From an uncultured delta proteobacterium (GTDB lineage: Bacteria; Desulfobacterota; Desulfobacteria; Desulfobacterales; Desulfosalsimonadaceae): 64,000 nt of DNA. How positions within the stretch are numbered: position 1 is the stretch's first letter; each line of letters begins with the position of its first letter. Below, piece after piece: positions 31,101 to 39,935 of this stretch. The notes beneath the pieces were generated by a model. The model worked only from the letters and a program-made list of their open reading frames with translations. It made no database searches and had not been told where the DNA came from. A program made the position numbers and the translations under genes. Location of the stretch: positions 64,001 to 128,000 of the forward strand of contig CAWGYD010000004.1 in the NCBI GenBank assembly GCA_963826785.1, given 5' to 3'.

Positions 31101-31153
31101 AGGATGATCAGATCATGGCCAAGCTCGACGGCCTGTTTGAAAGGATGAATTAA
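28103..31153 (+). CDS. hdrA: Double-length heterodisulfide reductase subunit A-like flavo/Fe-S protein
   Basis: Two FAD motifs (VIGGGMGG, VVGGGITG), DRTFPTNNCDLC, two QCVGSR...CS-x-VCC clusters, C-terminal 2x[4Fe-4S] (CASCLIC, CQGCGIC). Confidence 0.9.
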   Translation: MEENSDYNGHRPENKKILVIGGGMGGIRAALDLAESRRDVVLIDQSYAIGGLMTQLDRTFPTNNCDLCTVSPHLSESGRQLHIDIKPMTTVERVEGEAGDFTVTLKTAPRYIDPEKCTACGECAEKFPQWVRFTPGLDPRAPTCMRYPQATPYAYSIDMEKVEDVAALQATCRAGAILPEDTEKCQTLTAASIILATGADLFDYSVLDNFGGGKFANIVSGLEYERIMSASGPTKGELVRPSDGKRPQKVAWIQCVGSRGINRADVPYCSSVCCMYALKEAMVTKERFADDIEATIFYMDMRTFGKDYERYLERAKGEYNVRLIRSRPHTVLEHPETKNLSINYITDDSIAHLTEEFDMVVLSTGFRVPQRTLDLAARLGIEVNVHGFAQTGNFSPVATSRPGIYVCGVYESPKDIPETMVQASAAACVAGADLEVPASIQAEEDDFTPERDVSGEPSRIGVFICDCGEEIGGLIAVPSLVKFAQTLPDVVAVEAVGHGCSSASMDRIEQVIKERGLNRVVIGGCSPRTHETKFQDLLRRAGLNKYLVEIVNLRDQDAWAHINRPADAENKAKKLLSMGISAVQKSHPLTEHTLPVSQNVLVVGGGITGMNAALQLAGQGFRVYLLERAAKLGGLAGTIRRTLEGDDVSAYVADLIKRTEKEERIQVLTQAIIVDHSGMPGLFTTGIQMGPRMHYMQIKHGVTIMATGALPRRPDEYLLGKDKRVMTQLDLDGIIEDDPDRISSLKTIVMIQCVGSRQPDNPNCSRVCCQTAIKNALRIKAINPEAEIFVLYRDMRTYGFSEDYYREARKQDVKFVRYGVENKPKVNAGADGLSVLFNDPILGMDIEVSADCVALSTGFVADEETTEDLAIMFHLSRSEDNYYLEDHIKLRPMDMAVRGFFIAGTAHAPKNMRESITQAQAAAGRAQTLLAQKVINVGAVTARVDSTKCASCLICVRACPFDVPYINAEGYSEIDPAKCQGCGICAADCPAKAIQLMKFEDDQIMAKLDGLFERMN

Positions 31154-31593
31154 TGGACGCATTCGAACCCGAAATCGTGGCATTCTGCTGCCATTATTGT
31201 GCATATACCGCGGCGGACATGGCCGGCAGTCAGCGGCTGTCGTATCCGCCCAATGTGAAAATTATCCGGGTCCCCTGCACCGGGAAAGTGGATGCCATTC
31301 ATATCATGAAGGCGCTGCAGAAAGGGGCGGACGGGGTATACGTGGCCGGCTGCCTGGAAGGCGACTGCCACTTCAAGACCGGCAATATCCGCGCAGCCAG
31401 CCGCGTGCGTCAGGTGCAGGCAATCCTGTCGCGGATCGGCTGGGAGCCGGAGCGGGTGGAAATGATCACCATGTCGGCGGGGATGGGGGAGCGATTCGCC
31501 CGGACCGCAGAAGAATTTACGGAAAAAATCCGCCAACTCGGCCCCAACCCGATCGGTATCCCTGCCGGAGAGAAGCGGAAGGCCGCGTGTTAA
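31153..31593 (+). CDS. mvhD: MvhD/FlxD-type [2Fe-2S] subunit
   Basis: FCCHYCAYTAAD, IRVPCTG, GADGV-x-VAGC...CHF; TAATG overlap with hdrA. Confidence 0.93.
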   Translation: MDAFEPEIVAFCCHYCAYTAADMAGSQRLSYPPNVKIIRVPCTGKVDAIHIMKALQKGADGVYVAGCLEGDCHFKTGNIRAASRVRQVQAILSRIGWEPERVEMITMSAGMGERFARTAEEFTEKIRQLGPNPIGIPAGEKRKAAC

Positions 31594-31624
31594 CAAAAGA
31601 ATGAATTAACGGGAGATATAAACA

Positions 31625-32293
31625 ATGATAACGGCTGAACAAAAACCCATGGATGAAATCATCGCCTGCATCGCGCCCCTGGATCGCATCCTGCTGGTCG
31701 GGTGCAACGAATGCGTGAGCGTATGCGCCGCCGGCGGCCGCAAGGAGGTCGGATTGCTTTCTTCCGCTCTGCAGCTGTATTTTTTGAAGCAGGGCAAGAC
31801 CATCGACATCAAGGAGATCACTCTGGAGCGCCAGTGCGACCCGGAATACGTGGAAGAACTCGTCAGCATGGTGGATACGGCCGACGCCGTCCTGTCCATG
31901 GCCTGCGGCTGCGGCGTACAGACCATCGCCGCCCGGTACAAGGAAAAACCGGTCTTTCCGGCGGTCAATACCAAATTCATGGGCGCTTCCGAACGCCAGG
32001 GCGTCTGGTCGGAACGGTGCCAGGGATGCGGGGATTGCGTTCTGGGCATCACCGGCGGCATCTGCCCGATCGCCCGCTGCTCCAAAAGCTTGCTGAACGG
32101 CCCCTGCGGCGGTTCAACCAAGGGAAAATGCGAGATCGACTCCAACGTGGACTGTGCCTGGCAGCTCATCTGGGACCGGCTCAAGGCGCTGGGACTGGAA
32201 AAGCGGTATGAAGAGGTCATGGAAGCCAAGGACTGGCGGACCAGCCGGGATGGCGGACCGCGGAAAATTATCAGAGAGGATCTGGCATCATGA
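31625..32293 (+). CDS. metV: MetV (MTHFR C-terminal-domain Fe-S/Zn subunit)
   Basis: GCNECVSVC, RQCD, ACGCG, ERCQGCGDC...CPIARCSKSLLNGPCGG...CAW; ATGA overlap with metF. Confidence 0.9.
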   Translation: MITAEQKPMDEIIACIAPLDRILLVGCNECVSVCAAGGRKEVGLLSSALQLYFLKQGKTIDIKEITLERQCDPEYVEELVSMVDTADAVLSMACGCGVQTIAARYKEKPVFPAVNTKFMGASERQGVWSERCQGCGDCVLGITGGICPIARCSKSLLNGPCGGSTKGKCEIDSNVDCAWQLIWDRLKALGLEKRYEEVMEAKDWRTSRDGGPRKIIREDLAS

Positions 32294-33213
32294 AAACGGA
32301 AAGCAGACTGGAAAAGGTATTTAAATCGGGAAACCTGGCGGTCACCTCCGAGTGCGGCCCCCCCCGGGGCGCTGCCCCCGAAAAAGTCAGAGAAAAGGCG
32401 GAGATGCTCAAGGGCTATGTCGACGGCATCAACGTGACCGACAACCAGACCGCCATGGTGCGGATGTCGAGCACAGCCGCCTGCATCATGATCAAGCAGA
32501 TGGGCCTCGATCCCATCCTGCAGATGGTTTCCCGGGACCGGAACCGGCTGGCCATGCAGAGCGACATCATCGGGGTGTATTCCTTCGGAATCAATACCAT
32601 GCTCTGCCTGTCCGGGGATCATCCCCATTTCGGGGACCATCCCATGGCCAAGAACGTCTATGATCTTGATTCCGTGCAGATGATCCAGATGGTGAAAAAG
32701 ATGCGGGACGAAGGGAAGTTCCAGGGGGGCGCCGATATCCTCAATCCCCCGAAGATGTTCATCGGCGCAGCGGCCAACCCGTTTGCCGATCCTTTCGAAC
32801 TCCGGGTGGCGCGGCTGGCCAAGAAGGTCAAGGCAGGCGTCGATTTCATCCAGACCCAGTGCGTCTACAATCTCGATAAATTCGAGACGTGGATGGAAGG
32901 GGTCTGCGACAGAGGGCTCCACGAAAAGGTCTATATCATGCCGGGCATTACCCCGATGAAGACCGTGGGCATGGCCCGGTACATGAAAAACAAGGTTCCG
33001 GGAATGGATGTTCCCGATGCCATGGTCAAGCGGATGGCGGGGGTCCCCAAAGAAAAACAGGCCGAGGAGGGAATCAAGATCGCCGTCGAGTCTATCCAGC
33101 GTCTACGGGAGGTCAAGGGCGTGGCCGGATTCCATATCATGGCCATCGAATGGGAACAGATCGTCCCCGAGATCATAGAAAAAGCTGGTCTTTATCCCCG
33201 GCCGGAAGTATAA
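32290..33213 (+). CDS. metF: Methylenetetrahydrofolate reductase
   Basis: TSECGPPRG, NVTDNQTAMVRMSS, RDRNRLA, LSGDH, FIQTQ, GFHIMAIEWE. Confidence 0.93.
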   Translation: MKTESRLEKVFKSGNLAVTSECGPPRGAAPEKVREKAEMLKGYVDGINVTDNQTAMVRMSSTAACIMIKQMGLDPILQMVSRDRNRLAMQSDIIGVYSFGINTMLCLSGDHPHFGDHPMAKNVYDLDSVQMIQMVKKMRDEGKFQGGADILNPPKMFIGAAANPFADPFELRVARLAKKVKAGVDFIQTQCVYNLDKFETWMEGVCDRGLHEKVYIMPGITPMKTVGMARYMKNKVPGMDVPDAMVKRMAGVPKEKQAEEGIKIAVESIQRLREVKGVAGFHIMAIEWEQIVPEIIEKAGLYPRPEV

Positions 33214-33264
33214 CCGACTTTTGACAGGCACTGATCAATCTATACAGGCAAAAGGAGTGGCAAG

Positions 33265-33651
33265 ATGAACGAGCAGAAATTAATTTTGGTCGTAGACGAT
33301 GATCCGGATCTGGTGGAATCGGTTTCCATGAAGCTGGAGGCAGCCGGATACCGGACCGCAAAAGCCTATGACGGCATCGAAGCCATGGACCAAATCAAGG
33401 AAGAAAAGCCGGCGGGAGTGATTCTCGATGTCATGATGCCCCGCAAGAACGGCTGGAAAGTCTGCGAGGAAATCAAGACCAGCAGCGAACTCAAGAACAT
33501 CATCGTGATCATGCTGACCGCTGTGGCCGATGCGGTGCAGACGACAAATTATACGCACCACGACGGAAAATCGACTCTGGCGGACGATTACATTCCCAAA
33601 CCCATTGATCTGAACAAGCTCATGGAAATCGTCTCAGACCAGGTGGGATGA
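33265..33651 (+). CDS. Single-domain response regulator
   Basis: ILVVDDD, ILDVMMP, MLTA, DYIPKP. Confidence 0.93.
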   Translation: MNEQKLILVVDDDPDLVESVSMKLEAAGYRTAKAYDGIEAMDQIKEEKPAGVILDVMMPRKNGWKVCEEIKTSSELKNIIVIMLTAVADAVQTTNYTHHDGKSTLADDYIPKPIDLNKLMEIVSDQVG

Positions 33652-33895
33652 CCCGGCCGGGAATTTTTTATCTACCCGGAGCCTTAAAATTTATAAAGAT
33701 CACCTGCATTTTCCCGACCGGAGCGCTTCCGGCCGGGAAAGTGCAGCGATCAAATTCCTATCGGACATCCTTTCGCTCTGATTTTTGCGCCGAAACTGCA
33801 GGGCTTTGCTGCTGTATGACGGGAAAATCGAGGAGCACGCGCCAAAACAGGCAGCGACTGAATGCCAGATCAGAATGCCGCCAGGTGAACCCGTC

Positions 33896-34918
33896 ATGAA
33901 TTCCATCCGGATGAACGGTATCAAGCTGAGCCAGCCCTATGTGCAGGCGGGCGAGACATTTGAACACGCTTCGCCTGACGGTCTTGTCCATCTGTACCAG
34001 CTTCTGTCAGCCGATCGCATCAACATCGCTTTTCTGCTCCTTGATTTTTTGCACTCCCCGGCAATGGTCGACTGTCTGGTGGCGCCGGAGCATCTTGGCA
34101 GTGTCCGACACTATCCCACCCAGGCCAATGCCCCGGGAACCCTGTTTTCCTGCCGGACCGCCATGGGAACCCTGTCCCTGTATCCCCATCGATATGATCT
34201 GAAATCTCTGGGATATGTCTTGAAGCTCATGGGGAAAAGCGGCTTTGAATTTTTTCGGATGGCCTCTTCCACCGCCACACTGACCTTTGTGGTGAAGTGT
34301 CAAGACCAGGAAAACCTGGCGGCATTTTTCGCCGATCGCCTGGACTTGCCGCATACCCATACCCCTTTCCTGCAGGGCCCCATCGATGAGGAGCATCTCC
34401 CCAAAAAGGCGCTGGAAACGGTGGCGACCTATGTGGAACAAAAGATCAAGGTTTACGGGATACAGAGCCGGTCCATGCTGATGCTGTGCCGGATGGATCT
34501 GGACGGCGGGCAGCTGGAAGCCGCCGGTGTCCAGCTGCAGGAACTGGGCGAACAAGGGTGTAAATTCGCCTTTGCATCCATATCCAGAAGACCGGATGGC
34601 GGCTTGCGGATCTTTCTGGTGGTGGAGGAAACAACCCCGGGCGGTCAATCAAAAATGCCGATCAATGGTGCGGCTGCTCAATGGGAAACCCGGTTTGAAT
34701 CGGCCCAGCTTTTTTCGCCGGTGGCCCTGATCTGCCTTCAGGGCCCGCATTTCGGCGATCGCCACGGCATTGCCGCCCAGGCTTTTTCCGCTTTGCTGAG
34801 CCGGTCGATTCCCCTGTGGATCGCCGGGTGCGCCGGTGCTGCCATCCACCTGGTGGTTCCCCAGGAAGCGCTGGCAGACGCGGAAGCCGCACTGGGTCAT
34901 GTTTTTCAGATGCCTTGA
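33896..34918 (+). CDS. ACT-like domain protein, apparently two-module (start at ATG 33896 assumed)
   Basis: MNSIRMNGIKLS N-terminal module; C-terminal ETVATYVEQKIKVYG...QGPHFGDRHGIA...IHLVVP resembling ACT folds. Confidence 0.6.
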   Translation: MNSIRMNGIKLSQPYVQAGETFEHASPDGLVHLYQLLSADRINIAFLLLDFLHSPAMVDCLVAPEHLGSVRHYPTQANAPGTLFSCRTAMGTLSLYPHRYDLKSLGYVLKLMGKSGFEFFRMASSTATLTFVVKCQDQENLAAFFADRLDLPHTHTPFLQGPIDEEHLPKKALETVATYVEQKIKVYGIQSRSMLMLCRMDLDGGQLEAAGVQLQELGEQGCKFAFASISRRPDGGLRIFLVVEETTPGGQSKMPINGAAAQWETRFESAQLFSPVALICLQGPHFGDRHGIAAQAFSALLSRSIPLWIAGCAGAAIHLVVPQEALADAEAALGHVFQMP

Positions 34919-35045
34919 TGGATAAATTTGCGCGGAATTTTCGCGGCAAAGGCGCTTAAATATAGGCGCTTAATAGAGATAAAAGGGATATGATATCATT
35001 CTGAACGACGGCAAAATTGAGATCACGAAAGAGCAATTCTGGCGA

Positions 35046-36524
35046 TTGCGGGTTTTTGATTCCCTGTCTTATCCAACCATTATCATCAAACCGGATAAGA
35101 CGGTCGTCAGTGCCAATCAGATCTTCGTGGAAACATTCGGTTTTAGGACTGAATCCCTTTTCGGCAAGACCTGCAGTGAAGTATTTTCCGACGGCACCAC
35201 CCAGTGCGATACGGATGAATGCCCCATCCACCAGGTGCTGAAACGGAAAAAAGGGTATTCCATGACCCGGCGAAAAGAAAATCGCTGGGAGGACCGGGTG
35301 TTTTCGCCCATCCTCGATGACCAGGGGGAGGTCGCCTACATCATCGAAAGCATCCGGGATGTCACCCGGTTGAAATTGCTGGAGAGCGAACTGGCCGGCA
35401 TCAAGGAGTTTATCAGCCGGGTGGTGCACAGTTCGGCCAGTGCCATCGTGGCTGCAGACCGGCAGGGAAATCTCGAGCTGATGAACCGGGCCGCCCGGGA
35501 ATTGTTCGGCACCGCCCACCAGAACGGAGGCCGCCGGATTCGGCGGGCCGAAGATCTGTACCCGCCGGGAAAGGCCAAGGAGATCATGCGCATGCTCCGG
35601 GATGAGCAGATCGGCGGCAAGGGAAAGCTGCCCAGCACCATGATCACCATCATCAATTCGGACGGGTTGGAAATACCGGTGGAAATGACGGCGGCCATCA
35701 TTTACGACGATGAGGGCCATGAAACCGCCACCATGGCGATTTACAATGATTTGAGGCATAAGCTGGAAGTCGAAAAGAAGCTTGAGGAAGCCAAGAAACA
35801 GCTGGCCCAATCCGATAAAATGGCCTCCCTGGGGCAGCTGGCTGCCGGTGTGGCCCACGAGATCAATAACCCGTTGACCGGGATCCTGTTCAACTCCAGC
35901 CTGATCCTGGAAAAACTGGAAACGGATCACCCCCTGCGCTCCGACCTGGAATATATCGTGGAAGATGCCAACCGGTGCAAGGATATTGTCAAGAGCCTGC
36001 TGGTTTACAGCCGCCGGACGGATTCCAGGAAGAGCATCGTCCACATCAATGAGGTCGTGGAGCAGAGCCTCCGGCTGACCCGGGACCAGAAGATCTTCGG
36101 AAATATCACAGTGAAAAGAGAGCTTGCCGATGACATGATGCTGGTCCATGTGGATGCCAACAAGCTCCAGCAGGTCATCATCAATCTGGTGATGAACGCA
36201 GCCGACGCGATGAAGGGCCGGGGTGAACTGACGTTGAGAACCAGCCGGGACAAATTGAACAAAAAAGTATTTCTGGAGGTGCAGGACACCGGCTGCGGGA
36301 TTCCGGATGAAAACACCTCCCGGATATTCGATCCTTTTTTTACCACCAAGGAAATTGGAAAGAGCACGGGGCTCGGACTTTCCATCGCCTACGGCATCGT
36401 CGAGGAACACGGCGGCCGGATTGCGGTGAAAGCCACCGGTTCGTCGGGGACCACCTTTATCCTGGAGCTCCCCCTGTATGCACCGACCGCGGATGAGCCG
36501 ATGATGTCCGGTGCGCTTTTATAA
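35046..36524 (+). CDS. Cytoplasmic PAS-PAS sensor histidine kinase (NtrB-like); true start may lie slightly upstream
   Basis: Two PAS domains, LAAGVAHEINNPL, QVIINLVMNA, DTGCG, FDPFFTTK, TGLGL. Confidence 0.93.
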   Translation: MRVFDSLSYPTIIIKPDKTVVSANQIFVETFGFRTESLFGKTCSEVFSDGTTQCDTDECPIHQVLKRKKGYSMTRRKENRWEDRVFSPILDDQGEVAYIIESIRDVTRLKLLESELAGIKEFISRVVHSSASAIVAADRQGNLELMNRAARELFGTAHQNGGRRIRRAEDLYPPGKAKEIMRMLRDEQIGGKGKLPSTMITIINSDGLEIPVEMTAAIIYDDEGHETATMAIYNDLRHKLEVEKKLEEAKKQLAQSDKMASLGQLAAGVAHEINNPLTGILFNSSLILEKLETDHPLRSDLEYIVEDANRCKDIVKSLLVYSRRTDSRKSIVHINEVVEQSLRLTRDQKIFGNITVKRELADDMMLVHVDANKLQQVIINLVMNAADAMKGRGELTLRTSRDKLNKKVFLEVQDTGCGIPDENTSRIFDPFFTTKEIGKSTGLGLSIAYGIVEEHGGRIAVKATGSSGTTFILELPLYAPTADEPMMSGALL

Positions 36525-36539
36525 AGAGTGTTGATAAAA

Positions 36540-38030
36540 ATGGAAACAGAAGATCAAAGTAATCAGCAATCGACCCCGAACATGTTTTTCCAGCCGCGGG
36601 TGCTGGTCATCGATGACGAAAAGCGGATCAGGGATTCCTGCTGCCGGTTTCTGAGTGGTGAGGGATGTTTCACTCAGCAGGCCGAAAACGGGGAAATCGG
36701 GCTCAAGATGATCGAGGTGAATCATTTCGATATCATCCTGCTGGATTTGATGATGGCCGGGATATCGGGGATGGAGGTATTGTCCAGGGTCAAATCCCTT
36801 CATCCCGACACGGTAATCATTGTCATTACCGGGTATGCCACCATCGAGCACTCCATCGAGGCCATGAAACGGGGGGCGTTTGATTTTCTCCCCAAACCCT
36901 TTTCCCCCCAGGACCTGCGCCTGGTGGTGACCAAGGCCATTGAGTTCATCCGCACCCTTCAGGATATCGCCACGGAAAAATCACGCATGCGGGTGATGAT
37001 CAACCTGCTGGGCGACGGGGTGCTGATCACGGACAACAAGAAGCGGGTGGCGCTGGCCAATCCCACCTTCATGAAAATTCTGGGCTGCCGTGGGGGAAAC
37101 ATTATTGGCGGACCGGTCAGCGATATCGTCTCAGAGCCCAAAGTGCTGGAGATGATCGATCAGGCCCTGGCCCAGCCTTTGGAGGAATTCGTCGAACTGA
37201 CCGAAGAGATCACCATCGCCGACAATGGCCATGACCGGGATCTGATCATCGGCGCCCGCTGCATCCCTTTCCGGGACCGTCTGGGGCGGAACCTGGGAAC
37301 GGTCACCGTGCTGCACGACATCACGACGCTGCGCCGGCTCGACCGGATGAAATCGGATTTCGTCTCCATGGTGGCCCATGAGATCAAGAGCCCGTTAAAT
37401 ACGGTTTTGATGCAGCTCAACGTCATTTTAGACGGGCTGGCCGGTGACCTGACTGATAAGCAGAAGGAGATGCTGACGCGTTCGTCGGACAAGATCAAGT
37501 CGCTCTCCAATCTCTCGGCGGAGCTTCTGGACCTGGCCAAAATCGAATCGGGCCTGATCAACCAGGACAAGGAAAAACTCAATATTGTCGATCTGATAGA
37601 TGAACAGGTTAAATTTTATCAGGACCAGGCCGGTGAAAAATCGGTGAAGCTGGTCATGGAAAACCCCGGCCGGGCGATTGCCATCATGGGCAATCGGACC
37701 AACATCGGCGAGGTGATTGCAAACCTGATCACCAATGCCATCCGGTACAATCGGGAAGGGGGCACCATCACCGCATCGGTCCAGGAAGATGAGCACTATG
37801 CCGTCATCCGGGTTTCGGATACGGGTTTCGGCATCCCCGAGGAAGAGGCGGACCGCATCTTTGATCGGTTTTACCGGGTGAAAAATGAAAAGACCCGATT
37901 TATCAACGGCACCGGTCTGGGGCTGGCCATCGTCAAGAGCATTGTCGAAGCCCACAACGGCATCATCAAGGTGGACAGCCGAATCGACGAAGGGACCACC
38001 TTTTCGGTCTGCCTGCCCCGACTGGCGTAA
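36540..38030 (+). CDS. Hybrid REC-PAS-histidine kinase
   Basis: N-terminal receiver (VIDDE, LLDLMM, FLPKP), PAS, MVAHEIKSPL, NLITNAIRY, DTGFG, GTGLGL. Confidence 0.93.
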   Translation: METEDQSNQQSTPNMFFQPRVLVIDDEKRIRDSCCRFLSGEGCFTQQAENGEIGLKMIEVNHFDIILLDLMMAGISGMEVLSRVKSLHPDTVIIVITGYATIEHSIEAMKRGAFDFLPKPFSPQDLRLVVTKAIEFIRTLQDIATEKSRMRVMINLLGDGVLITDNKKRVALANPTFMKILGCRGGNIIGGPVSDIVSEPKVLEMIDQALAQPLEEFVELTEEITIADNGHDRDLIIGARCIPFRDRLGRNLGTVTVLHDITTLRRLDRMKSDFVSMVAHEIKSPLNTVLMQLNVILDGLAGDLTDKQKEMLTRSSDKIKSLSNLSAELLDLAKIESGLINQDKEKLNIVDLIDEQVKFYQDQAGEKSVKLVMENPGRAIAIMGNRTNIGEVIANLITNAIRYNREGGTITASVQEDEHYAVIRVSDTGFGIPEEEADRIFDRFYRVKNEKTRFINGTGLGLAIVKSIVEAHNGIIKVDSRIDEGTTFSVCLPRLA

Positions 38031-38050
38031 GTTGATTTAAAGCCTCTCTC

Positions 38051-38082
38051 AAAGGCGCAAGGATTCAGCTTGCGCCTTTTTT
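38051..38082 (+). terminator. Intrinsic terminator
   Basis: AAAGGCGCAAG-GATTCAG-CTTGCGCCTTTTTT just after the kinase stop. Confidence 0.8.
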
Positions 38083-38306
38083 GCGCGTGCGGGAAAAATA
38101 TTTCCTTTATCTACCATTGCTTTGTATTCTGCAGGCGGCTTTTCTCCGGAAATATAGGCAAATGTGAAAATGGATATCTGCGATGACAATTTTGTCTAAA
38201 ATATGCTGTCGGTCTTACAAAATTGTAAATCAATTTAAGGAATCAATTATGATATAATAAAACTTAAAATTAATTAATTCAATTATTTATTATTAATAAT
38301 CGGAAA

Positions 38307-38322
38307 TGGCACGCCCTTTGCT
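38307..38322 (+). promoter_or_regulatory. Sigma54 promoter of amtB
   Basis: TGGCACG-CCCT-TTGCT, exact GG-N10-GC spacing, preceded by a very AT-rich tract. Confidence 0.85.
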
Positions 38323-38402
38323 CATATGGTGATGACACTTGGAGAAGACGAATTCAAAGATTGCTCTTTTGATGTTAACGATTATGGGGAAAGGATGGAA
38401 AA

Positions 38403-39806
38403 ATGAAAATCTTGTCAACTGTCATTATGTTCGTGCTCGCAGGGGCGACCGCGGCATGGGCGGAGGATGCCTCGCCCGCTGATGCGATTGCACTGGTACA
38501 GACCCATGCCGATTATATGTGGACGCTAATGGCGGCCGTGCTGGTATTTTTCATGCAGGCGGGTTTTGCCATGGTGGAAGCCGGATTTACCCGGGCGAAA
38601 AATGCGATCAACATCATGATGAAAAACCTGATGGATTTTGCCATGGGCTCTATCGCCTTCTGGGCCATCGGGTTTGGTCTGATGTTCGGCGCCACCCGGA
38701 CCGGCTGGTTCGGCACTTCCGGTTTTTTCCTGAGTGATTTCACCCCCGGCGGCGATCCCTGGGTGCTGGCCTTCTGGATGTTTCAGGTGGTGTTTGCCGC
38801 CACTTCCGCCACCATCGTGTCCGGGGCCATGGCGGAAAGAACCAAGTTCATCGGCTATATTCTCTATAGTGTCGCCATTTCCGCGGTAATTTATCCCGTC
38901 TTCGGCAGCTGGGCCTGGGGGAGTCTGTTCCACGGCAGCGGCTGGCTGGAAGGGTTTGGGTTCATCGATTTCGCGGGTTCCACGGTGGTTCATTCCGTGG
39001 GCGGGTGGGCCGCCCTGGCCGGCGCCATCGTTCTGGGTCCGCGCCTGGGCAAATACGGCAAGGACGGCGGCATACGCCCGATACTGGGGCACAATATTCC
39101 CCTGGCGGCACTGGGGGTGTTTATTCTCTGGATGGGCTGGTTCGGGTTCAATGCCGGCTCCACCACGGCCGCCAATACCGATATCGCCATGATCGCGGTG
39201 AATACCAACCTGGCTGCCGCGGCCGGTTGTATCATGGCCATGATCATTTCCTGGATCAAATTCGGGAAGCCGGAAGTGGGTATGAGTCTAAACGGCGCTT
39301 TGGCGGGTCTGGTGGGGATCACCGCCGGATGCGCCAACGTGACGCCGACCAGCGCGGTGATCATCGGTCTGGTCGCCGGCGTGCTGGTATTCGTCTCGGT
39401 CCTTTTCTTTGACCACATCAAGATCGACGACCCGGTGGGTGCGGTATCGGTGCACGGCGTAAACGGTGCCTGGGGAACACTGGCTGCGGGGCTGTTCAAC
39501 ATCGGCGGAACATCGGCCAAAATCGTGGGCGTCCAGCTGCTGGGCATCGGCGCGGCCTTCGTCTGGACCTTTGCCGCCGCATTTATCGTGTTCAAGCTGA
39601 TCGATGCGACCATCGGACTGCGGGTTACGCCAGAAGAAGAAATAGAGGGACTCGATTTTGCCGAGCACGGTGGAAATGCCTACCCGGATTTCGAGGTGTA
39701 TTCCTATTCGGGCACGACTTCTCTTCCCGGTCGGCCATCGGGGCCGGCTTCCCCCGTAAATGCCCTGAAAGCGGCAAAAATGTCCAAAGAAGGCGGGATC
39801 GCCTGA
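38403..39806 (+). CDS. amtB: Ammonium transporter
   Basis: FFMQAGFAMVEAG, SGAMAER, DFAGSTVVH, WFGFNAGS, IDDPVGAVSVHG. Confidence 0.97.
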   Translation: MKILSTVIMFVLAGATAAWAEDASPADAIALVQTHADYMWTLMAAVLVFFMQAGFAMVEAGFTRAKNAINIMMKNLMDFAMGSIAFWAIGFGLMFGATRTGWFGTSGFFLSDFTPGGDPWVLAFWMFQVVFAATSATIVSGAMAERTKFIGYILYSVAISAVIYPVFGSWAWGSLFHGSGWLEGFGFIDFAGSTVVHSVGGWAALAGAIVLGPRLGKYGKDGGIRPILGHNIPLAALGVFILWMGWFGFNAGSTTAANTDIAMIAVNTNLAAAAGCIMAMIISWIKFGKPEVGMSLNGALAGLVGITAGCANVTPTSAVIIGLVAGVLVFVSVLFFDHIKIDDPVGAVSVHGVNGAWGTLAAGLFNIGGTSAKIVGVQLLGIGAAFVWTFAAAFIVFKLIDATIGLRVTPEEEIEGLDFAEHGGNAYPDFEVYSYSGTTSLPGRPSGPASPVNALKAAKMSKEGGIA

Positions 39807-39873
39807 GCAATTAAACCTTAAATCTTCCGAGGCAGCCGATGCCGGCACTACATCGGACTGTTTCGGTCTTCAG

Positions 39874-39900
39874 CCGGGCCGGTAATCGTTACCGGCCCGG
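39874..39900. terminator. Perfect 12-bp hairpin between convergent genes
   Basis: CCGGGCCGGTAA-TCG-TTACCGGCCCGG. Confidence 0.7.
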
Positions 39901-39935
39901 TCTGTTTCCGATCAGATGGCAGCAAAAGCGGATCT

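Noticed and set aside
28103..31593. Selenocysteine in HdrA or MvhD
   Set aside because: Both ORFs are uninterrupted and have Cys at the positions that are Sec in some homologs
34980..35046. Frameshifted start of the PAS histidine kinase
   Set aside because: The frame is open ~20 codons upstream without an ATG; an alternative start cannot be told apart from an indel without homologs
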